Positions 40,100-53,779 of a stretch of DNA of 64,000 bases are shown here, piece after piece. The notes under the pieces were generated by a model. That model saw only the letters and a list, made by a program, of their open reading frames with translations, made no database searches and was not told the origin of the DNA. The stretch lies in NCBI GenBank assembly GCA_951406725.2, contig OX597835.1, positions 14,136,001 through 14,200,000 of the forward strand, in the 5' to 3' direction. The position numbers were made by a program, and so were the translations under genes. Origin of the DNA: Octopus vulgaris. Its lineage: Eukaryota. Numbering within the stretch: position 1 is the stretch's first letter; each line of letters starts with the position of its first letter.

Positions 40100-40482
40100 G
40101 CGTCCCGTACTGAAAGGAGGCAGAAATAGCCTGAAACCAGGCTGGTCTGCTGCTCCCATAGATAGAATGTTGTAGGGGTTCGCTTCCCTGCTCGCAATAT
40201 CTCGGATGCAGCCATGCATCGTTAACCAGCTAGAAGAGATGTTCTCTTGTGAATAAAAAAATCGCAGTAAAGTCCATTCGAACAGAACAGCCATGCTGAG
40301 TGGCTACGAACATAACTATATATATATAGATAGATATACACACACATATATACCTAAACACACAGGTACGAATTCTTGCATATTTATATGCGTGCGCACC
40401 TGTGCCAACATGTATATATGCGTATATATGCGTGTAGGTGTATGACAATTAGATTTAAGGAGATAATATGAAATATATATGT

Positions 40483-42316
40483 ATGTTTGGGATGTCCGAT
40501 GTAGCCTGACCCATGATGTTGGTCTTCTTGAGGCTGATAACTATGCCAAAGTTGCCAAATGCTTGCTCAAAACAGTTGCTGAGCCTTCGTAGGGCTTCTT
40601 CTGTGTGTGATACCAGAGCGGCATCATCAGCAAATAGCATCTCCTTGATCAGGATGCTTCTGAAATTTTGGTCTTGGCACGCAGACGCGAGAGATTGAAT
40701 AGTTCCCCATCACTTCTACTGTGCAGAAACACTCCATCATCTGATGTCTCAAAGGCATGTGACAGCAGCAGCGAGAAGAAGATGCCAAATAATGTAGGAG
40801 CAAGGACACAACCTTGCTCTACCCCATTTTTTATTTGGAAGGCGGCTGATGTTGAACCATTGTGCTGTATGGTGCCTTGCATATTAGCATGGAATGATTT
40901 GATGATCCTCAGCAGCTTTGGTGGACATCCGATTTTTGGAGCAGGATGAAGAGGCCTTTTCTACTTACCAAGTCAAAGCCCTTTGTCAGATCAATGAAGG
41001 CCATATATAATGGCATGTTCTGCTCTCTGGACTTCTGAAGTTGGCGTATGGAGAATATCATGTCAATAGTTGATCTGCTTCTAAAGCCACACTGCGATTC
41101 TGGATAAATTCGAGAAGCAATTAGTTGCAGCCTGGACAGGATAATGCAAGCAGAGGCCTTTCCAACTGTGCTTAGAAGAGATATTCCACGGTAATTGTTA
41201 CAATCATCACGGTCACTTTTATTTTTGTAAAGCGTAATGATGTTAGCATCCCGCATATTCTGAGGGACTGTACCCTCTTACCTGCACTGACACAGAAGCT
41301 CATGAATGTGCCGAAGCAGGATGGTGTTTTTGCCGGTTTTGATGATCTCTAAGGGGATGCCGTCTTTTCCCGGAGCCTTGTTACTTGCTAGGGAGTCAAT
41401 AGATTTAGTGAGCTCTGCTATAGATGGCAGACTGTCAAGTTCACACATGACTGGCAAGATCTTGACACCCTCGATTGCAGCCTCAGCTACCGTGGTCTCT
41501 CGTGAGTAGAGATCCTGGTAGTACTCCATCCATCTATCCATTTGCTTGCTTTGGTCCCTGATGAGATCTCCAGTAGTTGATTTCAGAGGGGCTGAGGTAT
41601 TTGCGGATGGACCGAGGGCCTTCTTCAAACCGGCATACATCCCACGGGTGTCGCCACTGTCAGCAGCTGACTGGATACTCTGACAGATTTCCTTTCAATA
41701 CCCATTTGCATAGCGTCTGGCAGTCAGTTGGGTTTTATTTCTTGCCTTTCTGAGTTCTTCGTGTGACTTTGTAGAAGAACCACTCTTGTATTGCATCAGA
41801 GCTGTACGCTTTGCTTCGATAACTGGTTCCAGCTCTGAGAGCCCAGCACTGAACAAAATCTGGGTTTACCTTTCTCTCATTCCGAAAGTATCTATTGATG
41901 TGGTATACAAAGCTTCCCTGATATAATTCCACCTACTTTCAGCAGAGGAGGTTGGGCAGCTACTGAGGGCAACCTTGATAAAAACAGCAAAACATTGTCG
42001 CAGTGTAGGGTTCGAGGTTCTGGCAGTGTTAATGCGTGGTTGGCTAATTTTCTTGGAGTGATGGACTTTTTAGGCAGAATCCTCACCCTTCTTATTAGTG
42101 AATGATCTGTCTCACAATCCGCGCTACGGGTCAGTTGAACAGAATTCAGAAAGGATCTTCGTGTAATGATGAGATCCAACTGATGCCAGTGGTGATATCT
42201 TGGATGTCTCCAAGATGCCTTGTGGGATGTCTTGTTGGGAAAGAATGTGTTGGTGATGCACAGGTTATGGTATGTGCAAAATTCAAGTAGTCTCTGGCTA
42301 TTGTCATTCATGTTGT
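40483..42316 (-). mobile_element. Decayed RTE-clade LINE fragment (APE C-terminus and RT)
   Basis: HQLDLIITR, KAPGKDGIP, NYRGISLLS, PESQCGFR, FIDLTKGFD, GVEQGCVLAPTLF, MLFADDAAL; several frameshifts. Confidence 0.9.
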
Positions 42317-42398
42317 CAATACTAAAACACATACACTTACATATATACATACATACATATATATACGATTGATTTGTTTCAGTTCCTGTCCACGAAAT

Positions 42399-42479
<81 letters not shown>

Positions 42480-42991
42480 GATAAATTGATAGATACAACT
42501 GAGTGGGCAAACAAAAATGTGAGACACTGCGTAGAGCTTTTTTAAATTTTGATAAGCCTGGTACTTATTCTATCAGTTTCTTCTTGTGAAACCAGTATGT
42601 TATGGGGATGTAAATAAACGAACACCAGTTGTGAAGCAGTGATGAGGGAGAAACACAAAGACACATACACAGACTTACATACATACATACATACATATAT
42701 ATACGATTGATTTCTTTCAGTTTCTGTCTACAAAATCCACTGACAAGGCTTTGGTTGGTCTCAGGCTATAGTAGAAGACACATGCCAAGTTACCACACAG
42801 TGGGACTGAACTGAGAACCATGCGTTTTGGAACCATAAGAATACTTATGCATAAATCTAAAATCTTAAATAATTTCTTTGTTATTGTAGTATATATCAGT
42901 AAAAAAATGGAATATTCCCAAAATTGCATGATTAACTAAATGATTTCCATTTCTTATTTAAACGTGGCAATCTGAAAAAATTGGGAACATC

Positions 42992-43016
42992 GATACTCAA
43001 AATTGAACTTTCACCA
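42992..43016 (+). other. Target/TSD motif; repeated at 48253-48268, 53516-53531 and 58791-58816
   Basis: Left GATACTCAAAATTGAACTTTCACCA; right GATACTCAAAAACTGAACTTTTACCA; both internal junctions GATACTCAAAAACTGA. Confidence 0.8.
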
Positions 43017-43210
43017 CGTGAGTCTTTTTGTCAGTGAAATATTGTTGTTGAATTTGAAAGTTAGTAGATTATTGTTGCTGTGTTAATATTGTTATTTTGG
43101 TGTCTTTTCAATAAGACGGTTAGTGGCCTTCGCGCGAAGGTTGTGTACGTAGTTCCCCCCCCCGCGGGGGAATTATTGTGTGCCTTCGTGTACGAAACAC
43201 ATTCAAAAAC

Positions 43211-43243
<33 letters not shown>

Positions 43244-43265
43244 TACTAACGGCTGCAAAGCCAGA

Positions 43266-44594
43266 ATGTCTTTGGAAGGCAGTGAATGCAAACTGGAAGG
43301 AAAATTCGAAATGGATTTCCCCATTACCTATTCACCTATCTCAGGTGATGAAGAATCTCAAACCTCGGGTGAGAGAAGCACGCCGGCGGTGACACCGGAA
43401 AAAGAATCGGCGGTAACGCCAGGAACAAAAGGCCCCAGCAAAGAAGTTTGCGGAAGTTGTTGGACGCAAACAGAAAAACATAGATATAGAAAACCTAGAG
43501 AAATATGAAGACCTTCTAAAGAAAGAAGGAAATGAAATTGCAGTGAAAAAAGATATGGAAAAAAAGGAAGAGATTGAAAAGAAAAGAATTATATACAAGA
43601 CATACAGCATGACTACAAAAAGCATACAAAAAGTGGAAGAATGTAAAATAGAGGAGTGCCTGAAGACAATCAGAAAAGATATCACTTATATAAACAGAGG
43701 AAGACGGTTCGGAACAGTAGAAGTGAGGTTCAGGACCGAAGAAATAGCTAAGAAGCTATCCACAGAACCTCAGAAAGCGGGAAATCTAGTCCTTCTACCC
43801 TTGTACAAAGGAAGAAGGACTTCAAAGATAGTAATGAGAAATATTCCCCCAGAGGCAGACGCCTCATGCCTGGTGGCGGCAGTGATGCTGGGCCTGAAAG
43901 AAAAATCAACATCCTCCAAGCTACAGTGGAGGAGGAGGGATTTTGGCAGGGCCAGATCATAACAATGGCTATACAAGCAGAGGCCCAGACTCTGGAAGAA
44001 ATACCAGAGGTGCTGAGGCTAGATGAGGAGGAGCGAGTTCTAGTATTTGTAGAAGGAAGAAAACCGAGGTGCTTCGGCTGCGGAAAGAAGGGGCACGTGA
44101 GAGCGGAGTGTCAACCTAAACCGCAGGTAGAAGCACCGTCGGAGAAAGAAGAAACGGAGGAAAAAAAGGAAACCAAAGAGGTGGAAAAAGCTGCAGAAAA
44201 GGAAAAAGAAAACGAAAAAGAGGAGGGGTGGTCTAAAGTTACCAAAAAAAAACGGAAAACTGAAACCACCCCTCAAGAAGAAGAAAACCTGAAGAAAAGG
44301 AAAGAGGTTACTTCTTCATTTATGGCCATTAAGGCTACTAACAACAGACTTGTCAATGTGTTGGCAGCCATGGCCAAGGTGGAACGTATAAGGAAGATGA
44401 AAGACTTCATCATATACAAAATAGGCCGGAAGGACTACAGGAGGATAAAATCCGAGTTCTTCCACGACGTGGGCCCTCTGAGACTGGACATGTCTCCATA
44501 TCTATACGAGGGCCTACGTCGGACTCCCCCACGAGCCAAAGAAAAAAATGAAGAAGAAGGCGAAACCGCCGAAAAAGCCAAACTACCGATATAA
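43266..44594 (+). CDS. ORF1 (gag-like, CFGCGKKGHVRAEC zinc knuckle), copy 1; frameshifts at A-runs
   Basis: ORFs 43080, 43543 and 43866 join into one protein by comparison with copies 2 and 3. Confidence 0.82.
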
Positions 44595-44602
44595 GGTAAG
44601 TG

Positions 44603-47600
44603 ATGAACTACATTTATGTTGGTTGTTTAAATGTGCGCGGCCTGGGATCAAGCGGGAAGCAAGGTCGCTTCCTTAATGATATCAGGTCGCGCAATTTGGA
44701 TGTTATTGTTGCTACAGAAACCCGGTTAAAGGGGCCAAGAGATCTACTCCCACTGTTTGACGGCTACGAGAGTTTTTTCTCTCCTGGCAGTCCTGCAGGC
44801 GGGAGTGGGGTGTTGGTCCTACTAAAAAGAAACCGGGTTTTTGAGAAAAAGTTAATTTTTTCAGACCCAGAAGGTAGGCTGGTCGTCATGGATTTGACGT
44901 TCAGTAACGGTAAAGTTATCAGACTGGTTGCAATTTACGCACCCTGCAGTAATAATGGGCAAAGTGATTATTATCGTGATCTAGAGAACTTTCTCGGTAC
45001 TTCGCATTCAATAGTTGTGCTAGGAGACTTTAACACAATTTGCAAAGCGGATGTAGATTGTGTTGGCTCGAATGATAGAAAAGGTAACTCAGGCTTCCTG
45101 GAACTGCTAAGCCGCTTTGAGCTAGCAGATCCTTATAGGTTGGAATTTCCGAACGCTCCATTGTGGACATGGTCAAACAGCGACGGATCTTCCAGGTCAT
45201 ACATAGATAGAATTCTAATTAGAAAGGTAGACAGTAAAATAGCTAAGCGTCCACAGTTTTACCCGATCAGCTACAGTGATCATAAAATGGTCACTTGTAA
45301 GCTTGACATAGATAAGGTTAGAAAGAGAGGATCCGGTTACTGGAAACTTAATACGTCCCTTTTGGCGATTAAGGAGTACAGAGACCGGATTAGGACCATA
45401 ATTCAGAGGGCGCTGTCTGGTGCCATCATTAATAACAAATGGTGGTACGCCCTCAAACGAGCCATCAAGTTTGAGTCTATTAGATATAGCATAGGAGTAG
45501 TGTCTAGAGAGGCTAGAAGGGAAACTACTCTAGTTAAGGAATTAGAGGAAGCCATGAAAACTGGCTCTGCGGCTCAGGTGGCGTCCAAGAGACTGGTGTT
45601 AAACCAGCACCTCGAGGCCAAACACATGGGCTGCATTGTCAGGGCTAGAATCCGTCATATGGGATGTGAAGGAATCAACGCCGTGAGATGGGCCCGAGTG
45701 GTGGAAGCCCGGAATGGCAACGATGCCACGATTCGATCTTTGAAGAACCAACAAGGTGAGTTGATAGACGAACCCGAGGAGATGTGTGAGGCCTTTCAGG
45801 AGCACTTCGCTCAGCTTTTCGGTGAGTGCGGCGGGCTGGATAGGAGGAGGGCCTTTACGGACCTACTCGACGGGCTGCCGCGCTTATCGGGGCGAGATGC
45901 GGAGGGCTGTGAAGGGCCAATCACGCCTGAGGAGGTGGTGGAGGCAATGGCGGACTGCGGCGCGGGCAAGGCGCCGGGTTTGGATGGTCTACCCTACGAG
46001 TTATATAAGAATATGCCAGACTTGTTCGGGCACCTACTGGCGGAAGTCTATGCGAACTGGCAGCAGAACGGGTTGATACCCAGATCTGTGCGCCGGGGAG
46101 TGGTGACTCTCGTCAGAAAGGACCCGAGCAAGGGGAGTGCATTGATAATTTCAGGCCCATCACTCTGCTAAACACAGAGTTGAAGATTTTGGCCAAAGTG
46201 TTATCGAAAAGATTGGCGCGTGTCGCGGATGGTCTGATCGGGGAGGCACAGACATGTGCCGTTCCGGGCAGAACCATTCAGGATAATCTCCATCTAATGC
46301 GGTACACTATAGAGGGGTTTAATAGTGATTCTGGCAAGGGTGGGGCACTGGTCCATTTAGACCAATCCAAAGCTTTTGATAGGGTCGACCATCGTTACCT
46401 GGTGTCTGCTCTGGCACAGTTCGGGCTGGGCCTTGGCTTCCTCAGGTGGATTATCCAAATTTACGACAACATCGACTCGGTAGTTCGGGTGAACGGCTTC
46501 TTGTCGAAGCCGTTCAAAATCAAACGCTCGGTTCGTCAAGGGTGTCCGCTCTCCCCGCTTTTGTACGTGATGGCTCTTGAGCCATTACTGCGAAAACTGA
46601 GCGGCATCCCGAGACAGCCAGGTAATGGAAAATCAGTGTCAGCGTACGCGGACGACATCACCATCATCGTGACCGAAATGGACCACCTATGTAAAGTAGG
46701 CAAGGCCATAGAGGATTACGAGACGGTGACAGGAGCAAAAGTTAATCGCGAAAAGTCAGTCGGCTTGCAACTCGGCACCTGGAGAGGCAAGTCGATGCCT
46801 CCTGACAGCGTCGTGGGACGTTGGACGGAGGGTCCGATTAAACTGCTAGGGGTCTGGTTCGGTCCAGACCTCCAAATAGAGAAGAATTGGGGCGAGGTAA
46901 CGAGCAAGGTGGCTGCAGTAGCCAAGACCTGGTCTTGGCGGTGGCTATCCTTGAAAGGGAGGGCGGAGGTGGCCAATGTGTTTATCGCATCGGTTATCAT
47001 CTACCGCCTTTCCGTCGTTCCATGCCCTGATTCGTGGTTGACCAAGTTGGAAAGACAGCTCTTCTACTTCCTGTGGAAGGGCAGGAAACCACTTGTGAAA
47101 CGCTCTACTTGCTGTCAACAACCGTTAAAGGGTGGGCTAGGGATGCCTTGGCTGATGATGCGCAGACATGCGCTGAGGTTAAGACATCTGTGGCTCTACC
47201 TGGATGGTGAACGGGTGTGGTCTCCGTTAGCAAAACTGATGTTTCCCAAGTTCACTAGTTTCGGTGGATGGGAAACCTGGTTGAATCGTAGATCGAAACT
47301 CGGTACATGGTATACGGAGTGTCGAAAGGCCCTCCTGCTATTCCGTCGCTCGGGCAACGCCTGCGGTGGGGGTTCCACCACATTCTTCTATAGAGGGTTG
47401 GTAGAGGCGGAATGTGAAGACACCTTGGGGGAAACCCTGGGTCTCGACGATAATCAGCTGGCTAGTCTGTTCCGACGTACGTTCGAGCCGAAGACTCTGG
47501 ACAACTTCCAGAAGTCTCTGGCATGGCAATGCTACAGAGGAGCTCTACCTGTTCGGGATAAACTCGCAAGGCACGGTGGCCAAGACAGTCCGATGTGTCC

Positions 47601-47997
47601 AAGATGCGGGCGGGATAGGGAAACCGTCCCGCACGCTATTGTTCATTGTTCGGACGTGTCTGAGGTGTGGGTTTATGCCGAACAGCTGTTGTCAAGCACA
47701 CGAAGAGTACAGCTGTCGACTGAGTGTATTAAAAAAATTGACCCACCAGATTTCCTCGCGAAAGAAGGTAAGAATTGTTTTCTCGTTGTGGTAGCAATTG
47801 CGAAGGAGGTGATATGGAAGACGAGAATGAAAGGTATACGGTCAGGCAAGTTCATATCCGGCCCTGGGTTGATGAATTACTTCATCTACCACCTGAAAAG
47901 GAAGATAGGGCTGGAGAGAAAATGCCTGACTAAAAGAGTGTATGAAGAACGATGGAAGGATGTAGCACGGAAGTTGAGAATGGATGACACCACATAA
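44603..47997 (+). CDS. ORF2 APE endonuclease-reverse transcriptase, copy 1 (one frameshift near 46135)
   Basis: NVRGL, IYAP, LGDFN, IDRIL, SDH; PGLDG, DQSKAFDRV, RQGCPLSP, YADD; C-terminal CPRC..ETVPHAIVHC. One G is missing from a G-run relative to copies 2 and 3. Confidence 0.92.
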
Positions 47998-48507
47998 ATG
48001 TAGATCAAAACGAAACCAAAAGTATCAGTGGTGAGGCGGGGCTCGTGGGGTCCGAGCTGAACCCGCCCCCACTCCACCTGTAGTGTCTTCCGGTCTGTTT
48101 TTTCTCATTCGATTTTTATAATTTTTGCAATTTTTGTGAATTTTTGGAATTTTTAAACTCATCCTTTTGTAACCCCATACGAGAATCTGACCCCACATCA
48201 GGTTGTATTGTCCCCTCTTTGTTGGCCCCTTGTGGGTAATAATAAAACAATCGATACTCAAAAACTGAGACGTGAGTTTTTTTTGTCAGTGAAATATTGT
48301 TGTTAAATTTGAAAGTTAGTAGTTTACTGTTGCTGTGTTAATATTGTTATTTTGTGTCTTTTCAATAAGACGGTTAGTGGCCTTCGCGCGAAGGTTGTGT
48401 ACGTAGTTCCCCCCCCCCGCGGGGGAACTATTGTGTGCCTTCGTGTACGAAACACATCCAAAAACAAAAAAAAAAAAATATTTTCTACTAACGGCTGCAA
48501 AGCCAGA

Positions 48508-49848
48508 ATGTCTTTGGAAGGCAGTAAATGTCAACTGGAAGAAAATTCGAAATGGATTTCCCCATTACCTATTCACCTATCTCAGGTGATGAAGAATCTC
48601 AAACCTCGGGTGAGAGAAGCACGCCGGCGGTGACACCGGAAAAAGAATCGGCGGTAACGCCAGGACAAAAGGCCCCAGCAAAGAAGTTTGCGGAAGTTGT
48701 TGGACGCAAACAGAAAAACATAGATATAGAAAACCTAGAGAAATATGAAGACCTTCTAAAGAAAGAAGGAAATGAAATTGCAGTGAAAAAAGATATGGAA
48801 AAAAAGGAAGAGATAGAAAAGAAAAGAATTATTTACAAGACATACAGCATGACTACAAAAAGCATACAAAAAGTGGAAGAATGTAAAATAGAGGAGTGCC
48901 TGAAGACAATCAGAAAAGATATCACTTATATAAACAGAGGAAGACGGTTCGGAACAGTAGAAGTGAGGTTCAGGACCGAAGAAATAGCTAAGAAGCTATC
49001 CACAGAACCTCAGAAAGCTGGAAACTAGTCCTTCTACCCTTGTACAAAGGAAGAAGGACTTCAAAGATAGTAATGAGAAATATTCCCCCAGAGGCAGACG
49101 CCTCATGCCTGGTGGCGGCAGTGATGCTGGGCCTGAAAGAAAAAATCAACATCCTCCAAGCTACAGTGGAGGAGGAGGGATTTTGGCAGGGCCAGATCAT
49201 AACAATGGCTATACAAGCAGAGGCCCAGACTCTGGAAGAAATACCAGAGGTGCTGAGGCTAGATGAGGAGGAGCGAGTTCTAGTATTTGTAGAAGGAAGA
49301 AAACCGAGGTGCTTCGGCTGCGGAAAGAAGGGGCACGTGAGAGCGGAGTGTCAACCTAAACCGCAGGTAGAAGCACCGTCGGAGAAAGAAGAAACGGAGG
49401 AAAAAAAAAACAGAGGAAACCAAAGAGGTGGAAAAAGCTGCAGAAAAGGAAAAAGAAAACGAAAAAGAGGAGGGGTGGTCTAAAGTTACCAAAAAAAAAA
49501 CGGAAAACTGAAACCACCCCTCAAGAAGAAGAAAACCTGAAGAAAAGGAAAGAGGTTACTTCTTCATTTATGGCCATTAAGGCTACTAACAACAGACTTG
49601 TCAATGTGTTGGCAGCCATGGCCAAGGTGGAACGAATAAGGAAGATGAAAGACTTCATCATATACAAAATAGGCCGGAAGGACTACAGGAGGATAAAATC
49701 CGAGTTCTTCCACGACGTGGGCCCTCTGAGACTGGACATGTCTCCATATCTATACGAGGGCCTACGTCGGACTCCCCCACGAGCCAAAGAAAAAAATAAA
49801 AGCGAAGAAGAAGGCGAAACCGCCGAACAAGCCAAACTACTGATATAA
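48508..49848 (+). CDS. ORF1, copy 2 (frameshifted)
   Basis: ORFs 48528, 49040 and 49570. Confidence 0.8.
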
Positions 49849-49856
49849 GGTAAGTG

Positions 49857-52800
49857 ATGGACTACATTTATGTTGGTTGTTTAAATGTGCGCGGCCTGGG
49901 ATCAAGCGGGAAGCAAGGTCGCTTCCTTAATGATATCAGGTCGCGCAATTTGGATGTTATTGTTGCTACAGAAACCCGGTTAAAGGGGCCAAGAGATCTA
50001 CTCCCACTGTTTGACGGCTACGAGAGTTTTGTCTCTCCGGCCAGTCCTGCAGGCGGGGGTGGGGTGTTGGTCCTACTAAAAAGAAACCGGGTTTTTGAGA
50101 AAAAGTTAATTTTTTCAGACCCAGAAGGTAGGCTGGTCGTCATGGATTTGACGTTCAGTAACGGTAAAGTTATCAGACTGGTTGCAATTTACGCACCCTG
50201 CAGTAATAATGGGCAAAGTGATTATTTTCGTGATCTAGAGAACTTTCTCGGTACTTCGCATTCAATAGTTGTACTAGGAGACTTTAACACAATTTGCAAA
50301 GCGGATGTAGATTGTGTTGGCTCGAATGATAGAAAAGGTAACTCAGGCTTCCTGGAACTGCTAAGCCGCTTTGAGCTAGCAGATCCTTATAGGTTGGAAT
50401 TTCCGAACGCTCCATTGTGGACATGGTCAAACAGCGACGGATCTTCCAGGTCATACATAGATAGAATTCTAATTAGAAAGGTAGACAGTAAAATAGCTAA
50501 GCGTCCACAGTTTCACCCGATCAGCTACAGTGATCATAAAATGGTCACTTGTAAGCTTGACATAGATAAGGTTAGAAATAGAGGATCCGGTTACTGGAAA
50601 CTTAATACGTCCCTTTTGGCGATTAAGGAGTACAGAGACCGGATTAGGACCATAATTCAGAGGGCGCTGTCTGGTGCCATCATTAATAACAAATGGTGGT
50701 ACGCCCTCAAACGAGCCATCAAGTTTGAGTCTATTAGATATAGCATAGGAGTAGTGTCTAGAGAGGCTAGAAGGGAAACTACTCTAGTTAAGGAATTAGA
50801 GGAAGCCATGAAAACTGGCTCTGCGGCTCAGGTGGCGTCCAAGAGACTGGTGTTAAACCAGCACCTCGAGGCCAAACACATGGGCTGCATTGTCAGGGCT
50901 AGAATCCGTCATATGGGATGTGAAGGAATCAACGCCGTGAGATGGGCCCGAGTGGTGGAAGCCCGGAATGGCAACGATGCCACAATTCGATCTTTGAAGA
51001 ACCAACAAGGTGAGTTGATAAACGAACCCGAGGAGATGTGTGAGGCCTTTCAGGAGCACTTCGCTCAGCTTTTCGGTGAGTGCGGCGGGCTGGATAGGAG
51101 GAGGGCCTTTACGGACCTACTCGACGGGCTGCCGCGCTTATCGGGGCGAGATGCGGAGGGCTGTGAAGGGCCAATCACGCCTGAGGAGGTGGTGGAGGCA
51201 ATGGCGGACTGCGGCGCGGGCAAGGCGCCGGGTTTGGATGGTCTACCCTACGAGTTATATAAGAATATGCCAGACTTGTTCGGGCACCTACTGGCGGAAG
51301 TCTATGCGAACTGGCAGCAGAACGGGTTGATACCCAGATCTGTGCGCCGGGGAGTGGTGACTCTCGTCAGAAAGGACCCGAGCAAGGGGGAGTGCATTGA
51401 TAATTTCAGGCCCATCACTCTGCTAAACACAGAGTTGAAGATTTTGGCCAAAGTGTTATCGAAAAGATTGGCGCGTGTCGCGGATGGTCTGATCGGGGAG
51501 GCACAGACATGTGCCGTTCCGGGCAGAACCATTCAGGATAATCTCCATCTAATGCGGTACACTATAGAGGGGTTTAATAGTGATTCTGGCAAGGGTGGGG
51601 CACTGGTCCATTTAGACCAATCCAAAGCTTTTGATAGGGTCGACCATCGTTACCTGGTGTCTGCTCTGGCACAGTTCGGGCTGGGCCTTGGCTTCCTCAG
51701 GTGGATTATCCAAATTTACGACAACATCGACTCGGTAGTTCGGGTGAACGGCTTCTTGTCAGAAGCCGTTCAAAATCAAACGCTCGGTTCGTCAAGGGTG
51801 TCCGCTCTCCCCGCTTTTGTACGTGATGGTTCTTGAGCCATTACTGCGAAAACTGAGCGGCATCCCGAGACAGCCAGGTAATGGAAAATCAGTGTCAGCG
51901 TACGCGGACGACATCACCATCATCGTGACCGAAATGGACCACCTATGTAAAGTAGGCAAGGCCATAGAGGATTACGAGACGGTGACAGGAGCAAAAGTTA
52001 ATCGCGAAAAGTCAGTCGGCTTGCAACTCGGCACCTGGAGAGGCAAGTCGATGCCTCCTGACAGCGTCGTGGGACGTTGGACGGAGGGTCCGATTAAACT
52101 GCTAGGGGTCTGGTTCGGTCCAGACCTCCAAATAGAGAAGAATTGGGGCGAGGTAACGAGCAAGGTGGCTGCAGTAGCCAAGACCTGGTGTCTTGGCGGT
52201 GGCTATCCTTGAAAGGGAGGGCGGAGGTGGCCAATGTGTTTATCGCATCGGTTATCACCTACCGCCTTTCCGTCGTTCCATGCCCTGATTCGTGGTTGAC
52301 CAAGTTGGAAAGACAGCTCTTCTACTTCCTGTGGAAGGGCGGGAAACCACTTGTGAAACGCTCTACTTGCTGTCAACAACCGTTAAAGGGTGGGCTAGGG
52401 ATGCCTTGGCTGTTGATGCGCAAACATGCGCTGAGGTTAAGACATCTGTGGCTCTACCTGGATGGTGAACGGGTGTGGTCTCCGCTAGCAGAACGGATGT
52501 TTCCCAAGTTCACTAGTTTCGGTGGATGGGAAACCTGGTTGAATCGTAGATCGAAACTGGGCACATGGTATACGGAGTGTCGCAAGGCTCTCCTGCTATT
52601 CCGTCGCTCGGGCAACGCCTGCGGTGGGGGTTCCACCACATTCTTCTATAGAGGGTTGGTAGAGGCGGAATGTGAAGACACCTTGGGGGAAACCCTGGGT
52701 CTCGACGATAATCAGCTGGCCAGTCTGTTCCGACGTACGTTCGAGCCGAAGACACTGGACAACTTCCAGAAGTCTCTGGCATGGCAATGCTACAGAGGAG

Positions 52801-53255
52801 CTCTACCTGTTCGGGATAAACTCGCAAGGCACGGTGGCCAAGACAGTCCGATGTGTCCAAGATGCGGGCGGGATAGGGAAACCGTCCCGCACGCTATTGT
52901 TCATTGTTCGGTCGTGTCTGAGGTGTGGGTTTATGCCGAACAGCTGTTGTCAAGCACACGAAGAGTACAGCTGTCGACTGAGTGTATTAAAAAAATTGAC
53001 CCACCAGATTTCCTCGCGAAAGAAGGTAAGAATTGTTTTCTCGTTGTGGTAGCAATTGCGAAAGAGGTGATATGGAAGACGAGAATGAAAGGTATACGGT
53101 CAGGCAAGTTCATATCCGGCCCTGGGTTGATGAATTACTTCATCTACCACCTGAAAAGGAAGATAGGGCTGGAGAGAAAATGCCTGACTAAAAGAGTGTA
53201 TGAAGAACGATGGAAGGATGTAGCACGGAAGTTGAGAATGAATGACACCACATAA
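49857..53255 (+). CDS. ORF2 APE-RT, copy 2 (frameshifts near 51760 and 52190)
   Basis: ORFs 49854, 51817 and 52143. Confidence 0.9.
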
Positions 53256-53779
53256 ATGTAAATCAGAACGAAACCAAAAGTATCAGTGGTGAGGCGGGGC
53301 TCGTGGGGTCCGAGCTGAACCCGCCCCCACTCCACCTGTAATGTCTTCCGGTCTGTTTTTTCATTCGATTTTAATATTTTTGCATTTTTGTGAAATTTTG
53401 AATTTTTAATCTCATCCTTTTTGTAACCTCATCCGAGAATCTGACCCCACATCAGGTTGTATTGTCCCCTCTTTGTCTGCCCCTTGTGGGTAATAATAAA
53501 ATAAAACAAAAAATAGATACTCAAAAACTGAGACGTGAGTTTTTTGTCAGTGAAATATTGTTGTTGAATTTGAAAGTTAGTAGATTACTGTTGCTGTGTT
53601 AATTTAAAACACTGTTGTTTTGTGTCTTTTCAATAAGACGATTAGTGGCCTTCGCGCGAAGGTTGTGTACGTAGTTCCCCCCCCGCGGGGGAATTATTGT
53701 GTGCCTTCGTGTACGAAACACATCCAAAAACAAAAAAAAAAAAAAAAAAAATTTTTCTACAAACGGCTGCAAAGCCAGA

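Larger units (their letters stand above)
43017..48250 (+). mobile_element. Tx1/L1-clade non-LTR retrotransposon, copy 1
   Basis: 5'UTR, ORF1 with CCHC knuckle, ORF2 APE-RT-zinc finger, 3'UTR ending in an A-rich tail. Confidence 0.93.
48269..53515 (+). mobile_element. Tx1/L1-clade retrotransposon, copy 2
   Basis: Collinear with copy 1. Confidence 0.93.

Noticed and set aside
42992-43016. Target as U2 snRNA, 5S rRNA or tRNA (known Tx1-clade targets)
   Set aside because: I could not match the flanks to these RNAs from memory; an Rfam/BLAST search is needed.
45599-47855. Antisense and alternative-frame ORFs inside ORF2, repeated in all copies
   Set aside because: Short shadow ORFs; their recurrence simply follows the high identity between copies.
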